Assembly: GCA_001600695.1 (NCBI GenBank)
Contig: BCKQ01000007.1
Span: forward strand, 574,788-638,787
DNA: 64,000 nucleotides
Source: Ascoidea asiatica JCM 7603
Taxonomy: Eukaryota; Fungi; Ascomycota
Reading direction: 5' to 3'
Shown here: positions 46,754 to 59,239 of the stretch, one piece after another
Layout: each line of letters opens with the position of its first letter
Position numbering within the stretch: position 1 is the first letter of the stretch
Notes under the pieces: generated by a model
Told to the model about the DNA's origin: nothing
What the model saw: the letters and a program-made list of their open reading frames with translations, nothing else
Databases searched by the model: none
Position numbers and translations under genes: made by a program

Positions 46754-49012
46754 TTACCTACTTAATGGAGGTAGAGTATAGTTATTTGATTTTTCACCTT
46801 CTTTGAAACGATTCAAACTTTCTGAAGCAACATGAGCTAAAGCAGGAAGACGATTATTATTATTATTATTATTGATATTATTAAATGAAAAATCTCTAGG
46901 GGATCCGGAAAATGGAGGTAATTGAATTGAACTATTATTTCTAACTGAACTTTCTTTTAAATTTGAATTTGATCCTGTTAATTCGGAGATTCCTGGTAAT
47001 TTAATTTTATTATTATTGAAATTATTATTAAGTTGATTATTAATTGGGTTATTATAGTTATTATGAATACTAGGAATATTATGAATACTAGGAATCATGG
47101 AAATACTTGAAAGATTGGAAATATTAGATTTATTTGAAGAGTTTGAAATATTAGGATTATTAAAAGTATTTTGATTAAGGTTATGAACATTTTTACTCAT
47201 AGTAATTGGTTGATTTGGCATAACTGGAGAAATATCAAAACTTGGAGAAATTGGAGAACTATTTGTATTTATACTATTATTATATTGACTTGCGTTATAT
47301 TGACTAGTATTATATGGACTATTATTACTATAACTACCATTATTATAATTAGTATTGTTAAAAGTAGCAAAAGAATTTAATGAGGAATTTGAAATATCTC
47401 TATTATGATTAATATTTGAAGGAAATGAATTATTGGTATAATAATGATTTGGTTGAAAAGGGGGTAAGCTTCTACCGGAACTTGATTGATTTGGTAGTGA
47501 AATATGAGGATTAGATGAATTAATATTATTAGGATTATTGTTATTGTAAGTATTGTTATAAAGGTAATGTGCAGGAGCCTGTGATTGAGATGGGGGTTGA
47601 GATGAAGACAAATTTTGTTGAAGAGTTGATGATTGAGAAGCCGTGGATCTATACATTATTGGTTGAGAATAAGTATTAATAGGAGGTGGAATTGGTCTTA
47701 ATTGATTAGGAGGTAGTTGACGTTGATGTTGACGATAATCAAATTGATAAGTTGGTATATGCAATTTCTTTAATGGTTGTTGTTGCTGTTGTTGTTCTTG
47801 TTCTTGTTCTTGTTGAATTTGATTTTCATTTTGCTTATTATTTTTATTTTTGATCTTATTTTTATTAATTTTATTTTTATCTAATTGATTTGAATTAATG
47901 ATTTTTTCATTATTTTGATCATTATTAAAATCATTGAAAGATCTTTTTTTATTTATTGATAAATTATTATTTTTAGTTGATTTACTAATTTGACGTTTTC
48001 TTTGTCTAATTCTAGCACCATGTTTATAAAGAAATCTAGTTAAAGCAGTTGAAGTTAAAGAACCTGGGAAATTTTTCTGAGTATAAACAGTAAATATAGT
48101 ACTTAAAGTTTTATCTAAGAAAATAATTTTATTATTATAGAATTGAAATAAAGAAAAAAGTAAAGCAAATTTACCAGTTTTTCTAACAGATATATCACCA
48201 AAAGCAAAACAAGTTACATAATTATCAGATTTACTTGAGCGCTTAAGATTAAAAATTTGAGATTGATCTTGTTGTGGTTGTTGTTGTTGTTGATTATTTA
48301 AATTTGGAGAAAGATTATTATTATTAATATTATTAGTTGAAGGAATTGAAGGAATATTAATTTTCATACCAGAAACCACTTCTGAACCAAATAAATCATT
48401 TGAATTTGAATCTAAATCATCAAAATTTTTTGAATTTTTTATATTATCTAAATCAATTAATTCAACACGAACAAAATAAGTTGGAAAATGAGACCAAGAA
48501 GGCATTGTACCATTTTTATTTAATTCCGATATAACTTTTGTTGTTTGTTGAAATTCAGGTTCATTATAAACATCATTATTTCTAATTTTTTCAGCAGTAT
48601 CTTTTGTAATATTAATATCATCAAAACTATCAGGATCTGAACAAATATTTGAAACATTAGGTAATATAGATTCTTTTAATTCAGTATTAAATTTTAATTG
48701 AAGTACAGGAGGTGGATGAATTGGACGATGTTCAGATAATGGAGTTGAAGGACAATTACCGCCAAATGAATTTTGTCTTGGAGCAACTTTTGCATGTAAA
48801 GGTTGTTGAATAATATTTAAAGAAATTCTTTTGAATAATTTTTCATTCGAATTATGTGAAGATTCTTGATTAAATTTTACAAATTTTTTTTGTTTTTTAG
48901 TCTCTAGTTTATCATTATTTTGAATATTATTATTATTATTTTGATTATCATCAGTAATAGTTTGTTGTTTACTATCACCTAAGATAAAGGATAAACTAGT
49001 TTTTGTTGACAT
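46754..49012 (-). CDS. Velvet-domain protein (VeA/VelB/VelC/VosA family)
   Basis: LNIIQQPLHAK, RPIHPPPVLQL, LFGSEVVS, FAFGDISVRKTGKFALLFSLF, STIFTVYTQKNFPGSLTSTALTRFLYKHGARIRQRK, the complete ordered set of velvet motifs; N/Q/P-rich C-terminal region. Confidence 0.92.
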   Translation of the reverse strand: MSTKTSLSFILGDSKQQTITDDNQNNNNNIQNNDKLETKKQKKFVKFNQESSHNSNEKLFKRISLNIIQQPLHAKVAPRQNSFGGNCPSTPLSEHRPIHPPPVLQLKFNTELKESILPNVSNICSDPDSFDDINITKDTAEKIRNNDVYNEPEFQQTTKVISELNKNGTMPSWSHFPTYFVRVELIDLDNIKNSKNFDDLDSNSNDLFGSEVVSGMKINIPSIPSTNNINNNNLSPNLNNQQQQQPQQDQSQIFNLKRSSKSDNYVTCFAFGDISVRKTGKFALLFSLFQFYNNKIIFLDKTLSTIFTVYTQKNFPGSLTSTALTRFLYKHGARIRQRKRQISKSTKNNNLSINKKRSFNDFNNDQNNEKIINSNQLDKNKINKNKIKNKNNKQNENQIQQEQEQEQQQQQQPLKKLHIPTYQFDYRQHQRQLPPNQLRPIPPPINTYSQPIMYRSTASQSSTLQQNLSSSQPPSQSQAPAHYLYNNTYNNNNPNNINSSNPHISLPNQSSSGRSLPPFQPNHYYTNNSFPSNINHNRDISNSSLNSFATFNNTNYNNGSYSNNSPYNTSQYNASQYNNSINTNSSPISPSFDISPVMPNQPITMSKNVHNLNQNTFNNPNISNSSNKSNISNLSSISMIPSIHNIPSIHNNYNNPINNQLNNNFNNNKIKLPGISELTGSNSNLKESSVRNNSSIQLPPFSGSPRDFSFNNINNNNNNNRLPALAHVASESLNRFKEGEKSNNYTLPPLSR

Positions 49013-52000
49013 TTTTTTTTAATGTTTATAATAAGATATGTAATATAGAGAATATTAAAGATGTATTAGAGGGTAATGAATATTAAAGTAACAGTTATTT
49101 GGTAAGATTTTAATTTTGTGATTGGTGTAAGAATATTGATTATTGAGTATGTGTTATTAAATGTATAATTAGTTTAGTATTGTTTATATATTTGTATGTT
49201 TGTATGATTGTATGATTGTATGATTGGGTATATTTGTATACAAAGATAGTAAATATATAAGATATATAGGATTTATAACAAATAAAAAATTGAGAAGAAG
49301 TTTAAAAAAGGGAGGAAATTCGGATTATTTATATATTAAACCAAGTTGTTACTTTTAATTTATATATATATATTTATATATTTTGGTAAATATGGTAGTT
49401 ATGAAGTAATAAGTTATGTGGATATGTGAATATGTAAAAAATTAGAAAATTAGATATTTGAAAATTTGGAATTATAAAAGATAAAACATTAAATATAAAA
49501 GATAAAACAATAAGTAATAAAAAAAATGAGTAAACTAGAGTTATTTATTCAGTATATTCAGTATATTTAGAATATTTAGTATATTTGGTATATTTCGTAT
49601 GTAACCAAATTTATATAAAAATGAGTTGGAAAAGATAAGTTATACACTGTTAGTTAACTTAGTTAAGTTAGTTAGGTTAGTTAGGTTAGTTAGTAGTAGT
49701 AAATAATAGATAAATATTAAATGCAGAGGAAAAGTGAGCATGAAAATTGGCGATACCCAAAATTTTGAATATTTTGAATTTAATCGAATTTAATTTTAAT
49801 TTAATTTAATTTTAATTTAATTTTAATTTTAATTTAACTTGAATTTAAATTGGAGAAGCCTTTTAAAATTAGTGGTAAATAATAAAAAAATAGATAAATA
49901 ATATATAGAAGAATAAAAATAACAGACTAAAATGAAATGAATAAAATTAATATGAAAAAATTGATCATTCAAGCAAAAAAATATTCCTCTTTTTAATGTT
50001 TGTGCAAGTCGTTTGAATTAAGGAAAAAAAAGGTAAAAAGGTAAAAAGGTAAAAAGGTAAAAAAATTGGAATAAAAAGGGATTAGAAAGTGAATATGAAA
50101 GTGAATACTGAAATTGATATTGGTATTGGTATTGAGAAAAAGTGAGATGAATTTCATTTTGGATCAAATTTACTGTAATTAGAGAAATACTTGGAATACT
50201 GGCTGAAATACTGGTTAAAAAAGTGATTAAAATACTGGTTAATTATTACAGGTAGATAAATAGAGAGAAATTAAATGAACTTTACAAGATTTTTACAAGA
50301 ATTTTGCTTCGTTCTTCTGCTGCAACTTCCACTGCAGCTGCAAACAAACTGCAAAAGAATTGCAAATGAAACTGTAAATGCAACACCAGCTCAAATAAAC
50401 TGAAAACAACTGAAAACAACTGAAAATAACTCGATTGAACTCGATTGAACTCAAATGAACTCAAATGAACTCAGATGAACTCAGATTAACACAATTCAAC
50501 CCAATATTGAATTCCAAAGACATTTCAAAGACCTTGAGTATTCACCTTTTAAAGAATTTAAATATTTGAATACTTTAGTTTTGTAGGATTATCAAATTTC
50601 AACATGATTTGCAATCATAAATTATCTAAACTTGTTGGTTAGTTGATTAATTGGTTAATTTATTGAATAAATTGAAACAAATTTTAAGCCCAAAGTAAGC
50701 AAAGTAAGTTTTTGAGGAAAGAAAAGAAAAAGAAAAAGAAAAAGAAAAAAGAAGAAGATAAAGAAAATGGGTTTTTGTACTACTAGGCATTACATAATAA
50801 TTGTTTGCTTTATCAATAATATTGAACATATGAAATTTAAAATTACAAAATATGAAATACGTAAATCCTGAGTATGAAATTACAGTATAATTTCAAATAG
50901 TGTAACATTTAACTATAAATTCAAATAAATAATACGAAAAAAAGAGGTTGGTTTAAAATCTTGGTTATAATAAATAACTTTAAGTATTAAGATATTATTG
51001 ATTGTATTCATTATTATATATTTTTGAACAGCTATTGGTTTACCAATATTCAAATCTGAGACACTTAAAAAGATATTTAAAAAGAAAATTTGAAAAAAAA
51101 TAGGAAACTCAAAGGCCATTTGTAACCATGGCTCAGTAAGCAAAGGATTCAAAGAAATTGATCAGTAAATTGAATAAAATGAATAAATTGAATAATCTGA
51201 ATAATTGTAAAAAGTCTGGAAACTATTCGGAAAATACTAAGTGGTTATAAGAATAACACTGTAAATTCACTCAACCACTGCACTTCACTAAGTAAAACTT
51301 GAGGACAAAATTTTTACAGTGGTTAGCATTTCAATTAGTAATAGCAGTAGTTTCAGCCTATTTCAGAATTCAAGCCACCCTTTTGCCTTTGATTTTGCCT
51401 TTACTTTTGCCTTTACTTTCTTCTGAGAGTAACGTTGGTTGGTTAACATTTGTGATTTTTCTCTGCGAATTTCTCTGCTTGATCTTTTGAACCGAGTTTC
51501 CACCAGAAGAATACCAGCACAAGCAGAAAAAGCTGCAAAAGACCCAAAAAAACTCACTTTTTACTGGTGCTGGTGCTTTATGGCGAATACGGCCCTCGTG
51601 TTATTTGCTCTTATCAAGAACAAGCACGAGAATAAGAAGCATTTGCACTTGCATTTGTGTTTGTGTTTGTGTTTGTGTGGTATTTCTGCTTGTCTTTGTG
51701 TTTTGCGTTTTGTGTTTCACGTTTTGCGTCTTAAATGAATGTGCTTGTGATTTAGCCTCAATTTTAATCCCACTAGAACTTCTTCTACCACAAATCACAA
51801 TCTCAATCTCAATCTCAATTTCAGTCTTTATCTTTATCTTTAATTATTATTGTTGTCATATATTCTCTTCTATTCTCCTTTATAGAATCTATTCTATTAT
51901 ATTCTATTCTCTTATATTCTATTCTACTATTCTACTATTCTGCTATTCTACCGTTGACTTTCCTCAATCGTTACTAATACTCTACAGTATAATGGTTTTA

Positions 52001-55000
52001 TTCGCTAAATATTAGTACTACAACTACTAAGGTACTGTAGTATTTATGTAACATTTTATACCCACTGCTGAGTAAGTTCCTGAATCTCGATACGAAATAC
52101 CGCCAATCCACTAAGAAGTTTCTGCACTTTGTGCTCAGCAATTTGCACCTTGTACTTTATGATTGGCGCTTTGTTCTTTGTGTTTTATCAAATTTATGTG
52201 CTTTGTGTGTCTAACAACAAAGAACAAATTCTACTTGAATTTCAACTGCAGCTCTTTGAAAATTTTATAAAGTAACGTTAAGTAACATTATTAATTTGCG
52301 TAAAAAGCGATCAATTTGTTAAAACGTTACCGTTACTTAAACGTTACCTAATCATCAATACCTAAAATTTACCTTAAACACTGTCTGCGATGTAACCTTT
52401 GTACTTTACAAAATTAAATATTGGTGTTATCACTTTCAATGCCTTACTGGTATTTCTGTATAGTGTAAAGTGAAAGAGAGAAAATCAAGAACAAAAATGG
52501 CTTTTTCTCATCCATTTCTCATTTTTCTTTTCTCTTTCTTTAATATATCAATAATTTATCTTCACTTTTCATTTGCTATTAGTGGAAATGTATTAACGTT
52601 ACTTCTTTTATAATTGCAATCCTTGAAATCTCTCTCAATTTTTCAAATACTTAACATTATATCTTTTTTTTTTGCTTTTGCTTTTTCAATCCCCGCTACT
52701 TTTCTTCTAAAATGACTGATCTCATATACCCGGTTCACAAGCAGCAGAGGAATGCAAAAATGCTTCGGTCCCTTCCAGAAAATAACGTTGTGGGTGCAGT
52801 CAAAAGCATTACACCAAAATATTAACATGCTTTTAACATGCTCGTAAAAAAACAAAATGATTCACGTATATTCCTGTTTCTGTGGCGCAATATATCAGGT
52901 GGAGCAGCTTGTGCAATATTTGACTGCCGAAAACCTTGCTAACATCTTCAACCTTTTTGTTTTTCCGGATCATTTGTACCAAAAGTAACAAGCATCGTAA
53001 CACTATTTGAGCCATTAACCAGTCTTTTAAGTTAGAAGTATGTCCCTTATTGGCTAGAATAACTATGTTCATGTATCTAAATACACCTTATTTTATTCTG
53101 TGGCCGCTTTATGCATACAATGGTCATCGTATTGGCCTTATTCCTTACAAAACAGTTATAAATATTGTTAATCGTTATTTACAATTTAAATTGTAACTTG
53201 TATTGTAACTTTTATTGTAATTGATATTTCTTATGCAGGTATTTAACATTCTCTTTTTTTGATTTTTACTCTTTTCTCATGTTTTTCCTTATGTTTTTTA
53301 TCAAGAGTTTTATTTATTATTCTCCTGGTTTTATTTCCAGTTTAAAATTTATGTTTATAACATATGTTTTTTATTAATGGTTTGAAATTATCTGTTTAAA
53401 ATTATAAATAATTTCATCTTTTATCTCAAATCACACTTTTTTTTTTTCTCATTTTATGTATTTATGTCTTAAATATCACAAATTTGGTAAATTCTTTTGA
53501 TTTAATAAAAATATTAAACCAATTTAAAGGTAAATAAATAACTTTTTTAAATCAATTACACTATAATACCAATTTACCAATTCTTACTAATAAAATCCAA
53601 TGATATTTATAGCTTTACTTATTTTGACGAAAATTTTATAATTTAATCATTATTTATACCCATTATAAGAAATAAATAGAAATTAAATATAAAAAATTGT
53701 CTTATAACTTATAATATTATAATATTATTATATTTAACATACAGCTTACATTATATTTATAAAAATATCTTAAAAATTTACCGAAATTGGAAATTTCTTC
53801 ATTCAAGTTTTCTTCTATTAAGAATTCAGATGAATTTCACATTCCTTATAGATATAGATATAGATATAAATATTTATTATTTATTATTTATTCAACTTCA
53901 TTCATTTGTGATAATATAATATACTAAAATATATTTAAAATTATGTAAAGTTAACATTAAAAAAGAGCCACGTGACCCATATATGTCCACCAAAATAAAT
54001 ATTTCTCTTGTTAAAAATTTACAACCTTTAAATTACAACCTTTAAATTACAATTCAAATTTGAATTCAAATTTACTTCGAATTTACTTCGAATTTACTTC
54101 AAATGTAATTTGAATTTGAGCAGCCATGCAGATTTATTCAACAACTATTTCAAATAAATAATAAATAATGGAATAAATAATAGGATAAATAAAGGATAAA
54201 TAAAATTTAATTTATAAATTATCAAATTGTTCATACATCCCCAATTTAGGATAAGATCCGATCGATTATTATAAAATTTGTTTAAAATTTTATTCAAACA
54301 TAAATGAGATAATTCCGGCAAAAATTTTGTAAATTAAATTTTGGGCAAATATATTAATTTAAATATTGATAAACATTTATATAATACTCAATAATTTGAG
54401 AAATTAAGTAAAAAAATTAAACAAATTAAAAAAAAAAAATTTACAAAAAAAAACAATAAAAAAGTAATAAAACAACAAAAAAATTGAAAAAAAAAACAAA
54501 AAAAACAAAGTTAATAAAAAATACATAAACACACACACACACACCACATATTAAAACGCAAATATAATAACCTCCAATTTCATTTTTGATATTATATTTA
54601 ACATAATGCTATATATATATAATAATAATAATATAATAATATAGTAATTTAATAGTATAATAATATAAGGATAGTAATAGTAACAGTAATAGTAAGGTAG
54701 TCATATTTATGGCAATTTAATTAAAAAAAAAAGAAAAAAAACATAATTAAAAAAACATAATTGAAAGAAACAAAGAAAGAAAGAAAGAAAAAGAAAATAA
54801 TAATCCACTTCATTATTTAAATAAGTAAGCAAGTAAGCGAATAAAAAACAATTTTAATAGTATTTTCCAAATATTAGAGAAGAATTTCAGTGAATGAATT
54901 ATAAGTTGAAAAATAATTTTGTAAGTGAGGATGTAATGTAGTAAGCAAATTAATTAGTTTAGATTGAAGATAAAGAAAAAAAGGAACGGATATTAAAAGC

Positions 55001-55169
55001 AACAACAAGACGAATTTATATTAGGATTGGATAACATAAGATAAGATAAGATAAGAGTTTTGGATATGGAGAGATATGATGAACTGAGATTAGATTAGAT
55101 TAGAAGAAATGAAATAAAATAAAATAAGATAAGATAAAAGAGGATAAATAATATTGCAAAAAAGGATTA

Positions 55170-55727
55170 CTATTTCTTCTTTCTACCAAAAAAACTTTTC
55201 TTTTTCTTTTTTTGATCTTGTTTTGGAGCAGGAGCTTTATAAACAGGAACATAAGTATCAGCAGCTGATTGAGTCATACCATTTGTTGTTGCATATGGAT
55301 TCGAATTAAATCCTTTAAATAAAGGATATTCAGGTCTTGGTCTAAAACCATATCTTGAAGTTTCTAATTGATCTTTATAATAATTATCACCAGTTATTGA
55401 AAATTCAAAACTTCTAATGGTATCTAAAGGTCTTTCATCTCTTGATCTTGTTGGATTTGACATATCAACTTGAGAAATTGGATTACCAAATACATCAGCC
55501 ATACCACCATTATTTTGTGACATTTGTGATAATGAATTTCTATTAACATCTTTATTTGAAAATTGTTCATTTGCTTGTTCAAAAGGTTGAGAATCTGTTA
55601 TTGCATCCATTATACGATCTTGTTGTGAAGATTTTGTTTTAAATTTACTTTTATCTTCTTTTGTTATTTTAACATCATTAATTGAATTTTTCTTAGCATG
55701 AGTTGATTTTCTACCAAATACAGCCAT
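55170..55727 (-). CDS. DUF2406 protein, YMR295C/YGR273C-like
   Basis: DVKITKEDK, QPFEQA, DVFGNPISQVDMSNPTRSRDERPLDTIRSFE, QLETSRYGFRPRP, KKKKKSFFGRKKK. Confidence 0.9.
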   Translation of the reverse strand: MAVFGRKSTHAKKNSINDVKITKEDKSKFKTKSSQQDRIMDAITDSQPFEQANEQFSNKDVNRNSLSQMSQNNGGMADVFGNPISQVDMSNPTRSRDERPLDTIRSFEFSITGDNYYKDQLETSRYGFRPRPEYPLFKGFNSNPYATTNGMTQSAADTYVPVYKAPAPKQDQKKKKKSFFGRKKK

Positions 55728-56769
55728 TGTGATATTAAATTATTATTATTTTTTTATTTTTGAATTACTAATATAAAATTTAAATCTTATTACTTATAAG
55801 GAATGAAATAATAAATTAAATTAAAGGGCAGAAAATTATTGTATAGAAAAAGCGAGGGAAGAAATTTTCAAATTGAAACAATAATCAGTGATTGTGATAA
55901 TAATTGATATATTATGTCCAATGAAAGTATTAGAAATTGGAGATTTATTCAAAAAAATTAATATATTCGAAAAAATTATGAATGATATAATTATATGATA
56001 AATTAATGAAAAGAAAATTATTCAAGAGCGAATATTGCATCTAATATACTAATAAAAATAGTGTACTAGCAGTATTAAAAATAGCATGAAAATAGTTTAA
56101 AAACAGTGTAAAAACGGAGTGGGAAGGATTTGGCCCAGATTCCGGAGGGATTCCGGATCGCGTTCCGGGCAGTGTTTTTCTTGCTTTTTCTATTACGTAA
56201 CCGCGGAAAATACGGCGGAAATATATGCGGAAAGCACTGTGAAAGTACTAGGAAAGTACTAGGAAAAGGCTGAGAAACAGGCAAAAGAAAAGCGGCGGTC
56301 CCGTGACAGGGCTGAAGCGGCTGGTCGAACAGCCTTCAAAATACTCCAAAAAAGCTCTAAAAGGTTTTAGAGCTTTAAAAGCAACGCCAATCGCACAGCT
56401 TCCAAGCCAACTCCTTAAACAAAGCCCAGGAGAATTTGAATATTCAAAGTGAATATCTCGTTTCTTCGTCTCTGTGCATGAAGTATTTATTTATCATTTC
56501 TTCTGCATTTCTTCCTCTCAGCACGAAAATCTTCCATGATACAGGCTCGGCCCGATTTCTCAGGTATTTACCCGCTCCGGGCCTATTAAAACTCACCCTG
56601 TTTGAACCACAAAACTGGTTGCAACCACAAAATTGGCTTCCTGAGAGTACGGTTATAAGAAATAGCCTCATTTGACACTAACGCTAACTTTACTTCATCA
56701 GATTCATCAGTTTTTGGTGATTTTCAAAAAAAATTACTATAAAACATAATAAAACCTATTTAACTCTTT

Positions 56770-57687
56770 CTATGAACGTGACTCAACACAATTCCAAACT
56801 ATTTCTTCATTTTCCAAAGAAATCTCAAGTATATCTCCTAAACTAGGATTAGAGTTAAAATCTGGAAATAAATCAATATATCTACCAAATTCAACTAAAT
56901 TTTTCCATTTCAATAAATTTATATAATAATAACTTCTAACAATTGAAAAATCTTTGAAATCATTTAATTTTTTCTCATCTTTTAATGAAATAATTCCTTG
57001 AATCCAATTACCAACTCTAATTAATTTTCCGTCAAATTTATCACACTCACTTGTAACTAATGTGAATTCTTTAATTTTTTCTTTTGTAGTATTATTAATA
57101 TTCTCTTCTTTTTCATTTAAATCTGATAATCTCTTGAGATTCGTGAAATTTGTATTTTTCTTTTTTAAAATTTCACTAACTGATTTTTTTGGATCTAAAG
57201 TTTTCCAAATTTCAATATATTTATCTAACTTAAAATTATTTTTTGAATTGATCATTTTTCCTTTTTCAATTCTAAAATTTTTTACCTCTTTTTCATCTTT
57301 AATCATTCTAAAAAAATGTCCAATATCAATATAATCTCTTTTTGGTTCAATTTTTTTTAAATTATCAATAAAAACTCTTGAATCTGATTCTAAATTAAAT
57401 TTTATTGAGAAATTGTAATTTTTAAAATCTTCATCATCTTTAATATCTTTATTATCTTCATTATTAATATTACTTAAAATTTCTTCAGTTATATCTTCTT
57501 CTTTACCAAATGTTGCCATTTCAAAAGGAAATTCTTTCTCATTAGTATCAAGTTCATTTTCATGTTTTAACAAAGATCTAATATCAACAAAATGATTATT
57601 AGTTGTGGTCAAAACTAATACATTAGCTTCTTCGTTTGCTTGTTCCCCTTCCCATTGAATTGAAATTCTACTTGAAATTACCGCCAT
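56770..57687 (-). CDS. HRI1: Hri1-family protein
   Basis: ATG at 57687 (MAVISSRISIQW; the track start is TTG). VLVLTT..HFVDIR, YIEIWKTLDP, GKLIRVGNWIQG, terminal WNCVE. Confidence 0.8.
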   Translation of the reverse strand: MAVISSRISIQWEGEQANEEANVLVLTTTNNHFVDIRSLLKHENELDTNEKEFPFEMATFGKEEDITEEILSNINNEDNKDIKDDEDFKNYNFSIKFNLESDSRVFIDNLKKIEPKRDYIDIGHFFRMIKDEKEVKNFRIEKGKMINSKNNFKLDKYIEIWKTLDPKKSVSEILKKKNTNFTNLKRLSDLNEKEENINNTTKEKIKEFTLVTSECDKFDGKLIRVGNWIQGIISLKDEKKLNDFKDFSIVRSYYYINLLKWKNLVEFGRYIDLFPDFNSNPSLGDILEISLENEEIVWNCVESRS

Positions 57688-58148
57688 TATTATAGTTCTT
57701 ATTATATTCAAAGAGTTATTAATAAAAGGTATATTAAATATTTTATAAATTATTCTCAGAAACTAACTTACATCAAGATAAATGGCGATATACATAATAC
57801 ATACAGTAATAGATAAGATTACCGATCCAATTTATTACGAATAAAGCAGTTTGATTGGTTAAACTCGGCGGAAATTTTCTATTATTATTAAGCAAAATTA
57901 ATATTGCAGCATTCATTAAATTCAAATATATTTACTCATTTATTCAATTCTTCGATACTTATATTAAAATGTTTTTATACTATTCTAGTATATAAAAAAA
58001 AATAAAATGAAAATTAGTTTTTTGATTTTTTAGTTTTTAGTTTTCAGTTTTTAGTTTTTACCTATATTTTTGCTTTCCAATTCTGATCTACATAATTAGA
58101 ATATGAATATGAATATGGGCGCTAATAAATTAAAATAAAAGTATTAAC

Positions 58149-58793
58149 TCACAATTCATCTTTACCAACAGATTCAACTTTAACTTCATCTTCTTTAACA
58201 TCTTCTTTTTCAGATTCAATAATCTCACCACAATCTGCAATAACAATATCTTGTTTTGGTTTATCACCTCTTGAAGTTTTAGTATTTTCAATTTTTGTAA
58301 CAACATCCATACCATCAATAACTTTACCAAATACAACATGTCTACCATCTAACCAAGAAGTTTTAATAGTTGTAATGAAAAATTGAGAACCATTTGTATC
58401 TTTACCTGCATTTGCCATTGATAAAATTCCAGGTTCTGTATGTTTTAAGATAAAATTTTCATCTTCAAATTTCTTACCATAAATTGATTTACCACCAATT
58501 CCACTTCTATGAGTAAAATCACCACCTTGAATCATGAAATTTTTAATAACTCTATGAAAAATTGAATTTTTATATCCAAATGTTGGATCTTTTGAAATTG
58601 ATAATTGTCTAAAATTTTCAACAGTTTTTGGTACAACGTCTCCAAATAATCCAATTGTAATTCTACCTAAATTTTCTTTACCTTGTCTAATATCAAAATA
58701 TACCTTATTTGTGATTATTGGTTCTTCATCTTTTTTACCTTGAACGGTAATGAATAATAATCCAAAAAATAAAACTAAAATTGATAATCTCAT
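58149..58793 (-). CDS. CPR5: ER-lumenal cyclophilin (peptidyl-prolyl isomerase B)
   Basis: Signal peptide, [46 protein letters not shown]-terminal KDEL. Confidence 0.95.
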   Translation of the reverse strand: MRLSILVLFFGLLFITVQGKKDEEPIITNKVYFDIRQGKENLGRITIGLFGDVVPKTVENFRQLSISKDPTFGYKNSIFHRVIKNFMIQGGDFTHRSGIGGKSIYGKKFEDENFILKHTEPGILSMANAGKDTNGSQFFITTIKTSWLDGRHVVFGKVIDGMDVVTKIENTKTSRGDKPKQDIVIADCGEIIESEKEDVKEDEVKVESVGKDEL

Positions 58794-59092
58794 TTTGAAA
58801 TAAACTATTTGATTTGATTAACCTCAATTGTAGCTAACTGCTGAATTTAAGTTGTTTTAAGTTAATTCTAAAGAAGTCAATTGATAAATAACTTATGAAA
58901 CTGTCTCTTTACTCAATTTATTTTATACAAACTAATCCAAGCCAAACTTCATTCACTGTTTTCTTCCTTTCCTCTTCAAAAGAACATGTCAACCAATTTC
59001 AATCTCCGTTTCAGTTTCGATTTCAAAAATTATCATTTTCCGCTTACACCCAAATTACGTAACACAATTACATAATCGAGTATTTGAAGAAA

Positions 59093-59174
59093 AGCCCTAA
59101 TTGAATTTCATAACGAAAAGGATTTTTGTCTTTCCTTTGAAACTTTTAAACTTTTCAAATATTTTGATATAAAA
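59093..59174 (+). promoter_or_regulatory. Tbf1-type site and TATA box of the snoRNA promoter
   Basis: AGCCCTAA at 59093-59100 (ARCCCTAA consensus of yeast snoRNA promoters), TATAAAA at ~59168, then a T-rich tract before the snoRNA. Confidence 0.55.
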
Positions 59175-59239
59175 AGGATTAAGAACTATTTATTTTTTTT
59201 TAAATTCTTTTTTTTATTTCCTTTTTTTTCTTCATATTT

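Noticed and set aside
51299-52015. Several overlapping short ORFs (e.g. 136 aa CVCVCV...)
   Set aside because: Translations of simple hexamer repeats, mostly with non-ATG starts and no coding-like composition.
56600-56635. Two AACCACAAAA copies as Ndt80 middle-sporulation elements
   Set aside because: They lack the upstream G of the gNCRCAAA consensus and lie about 900 bp from the ATG, so they are too weak to call.
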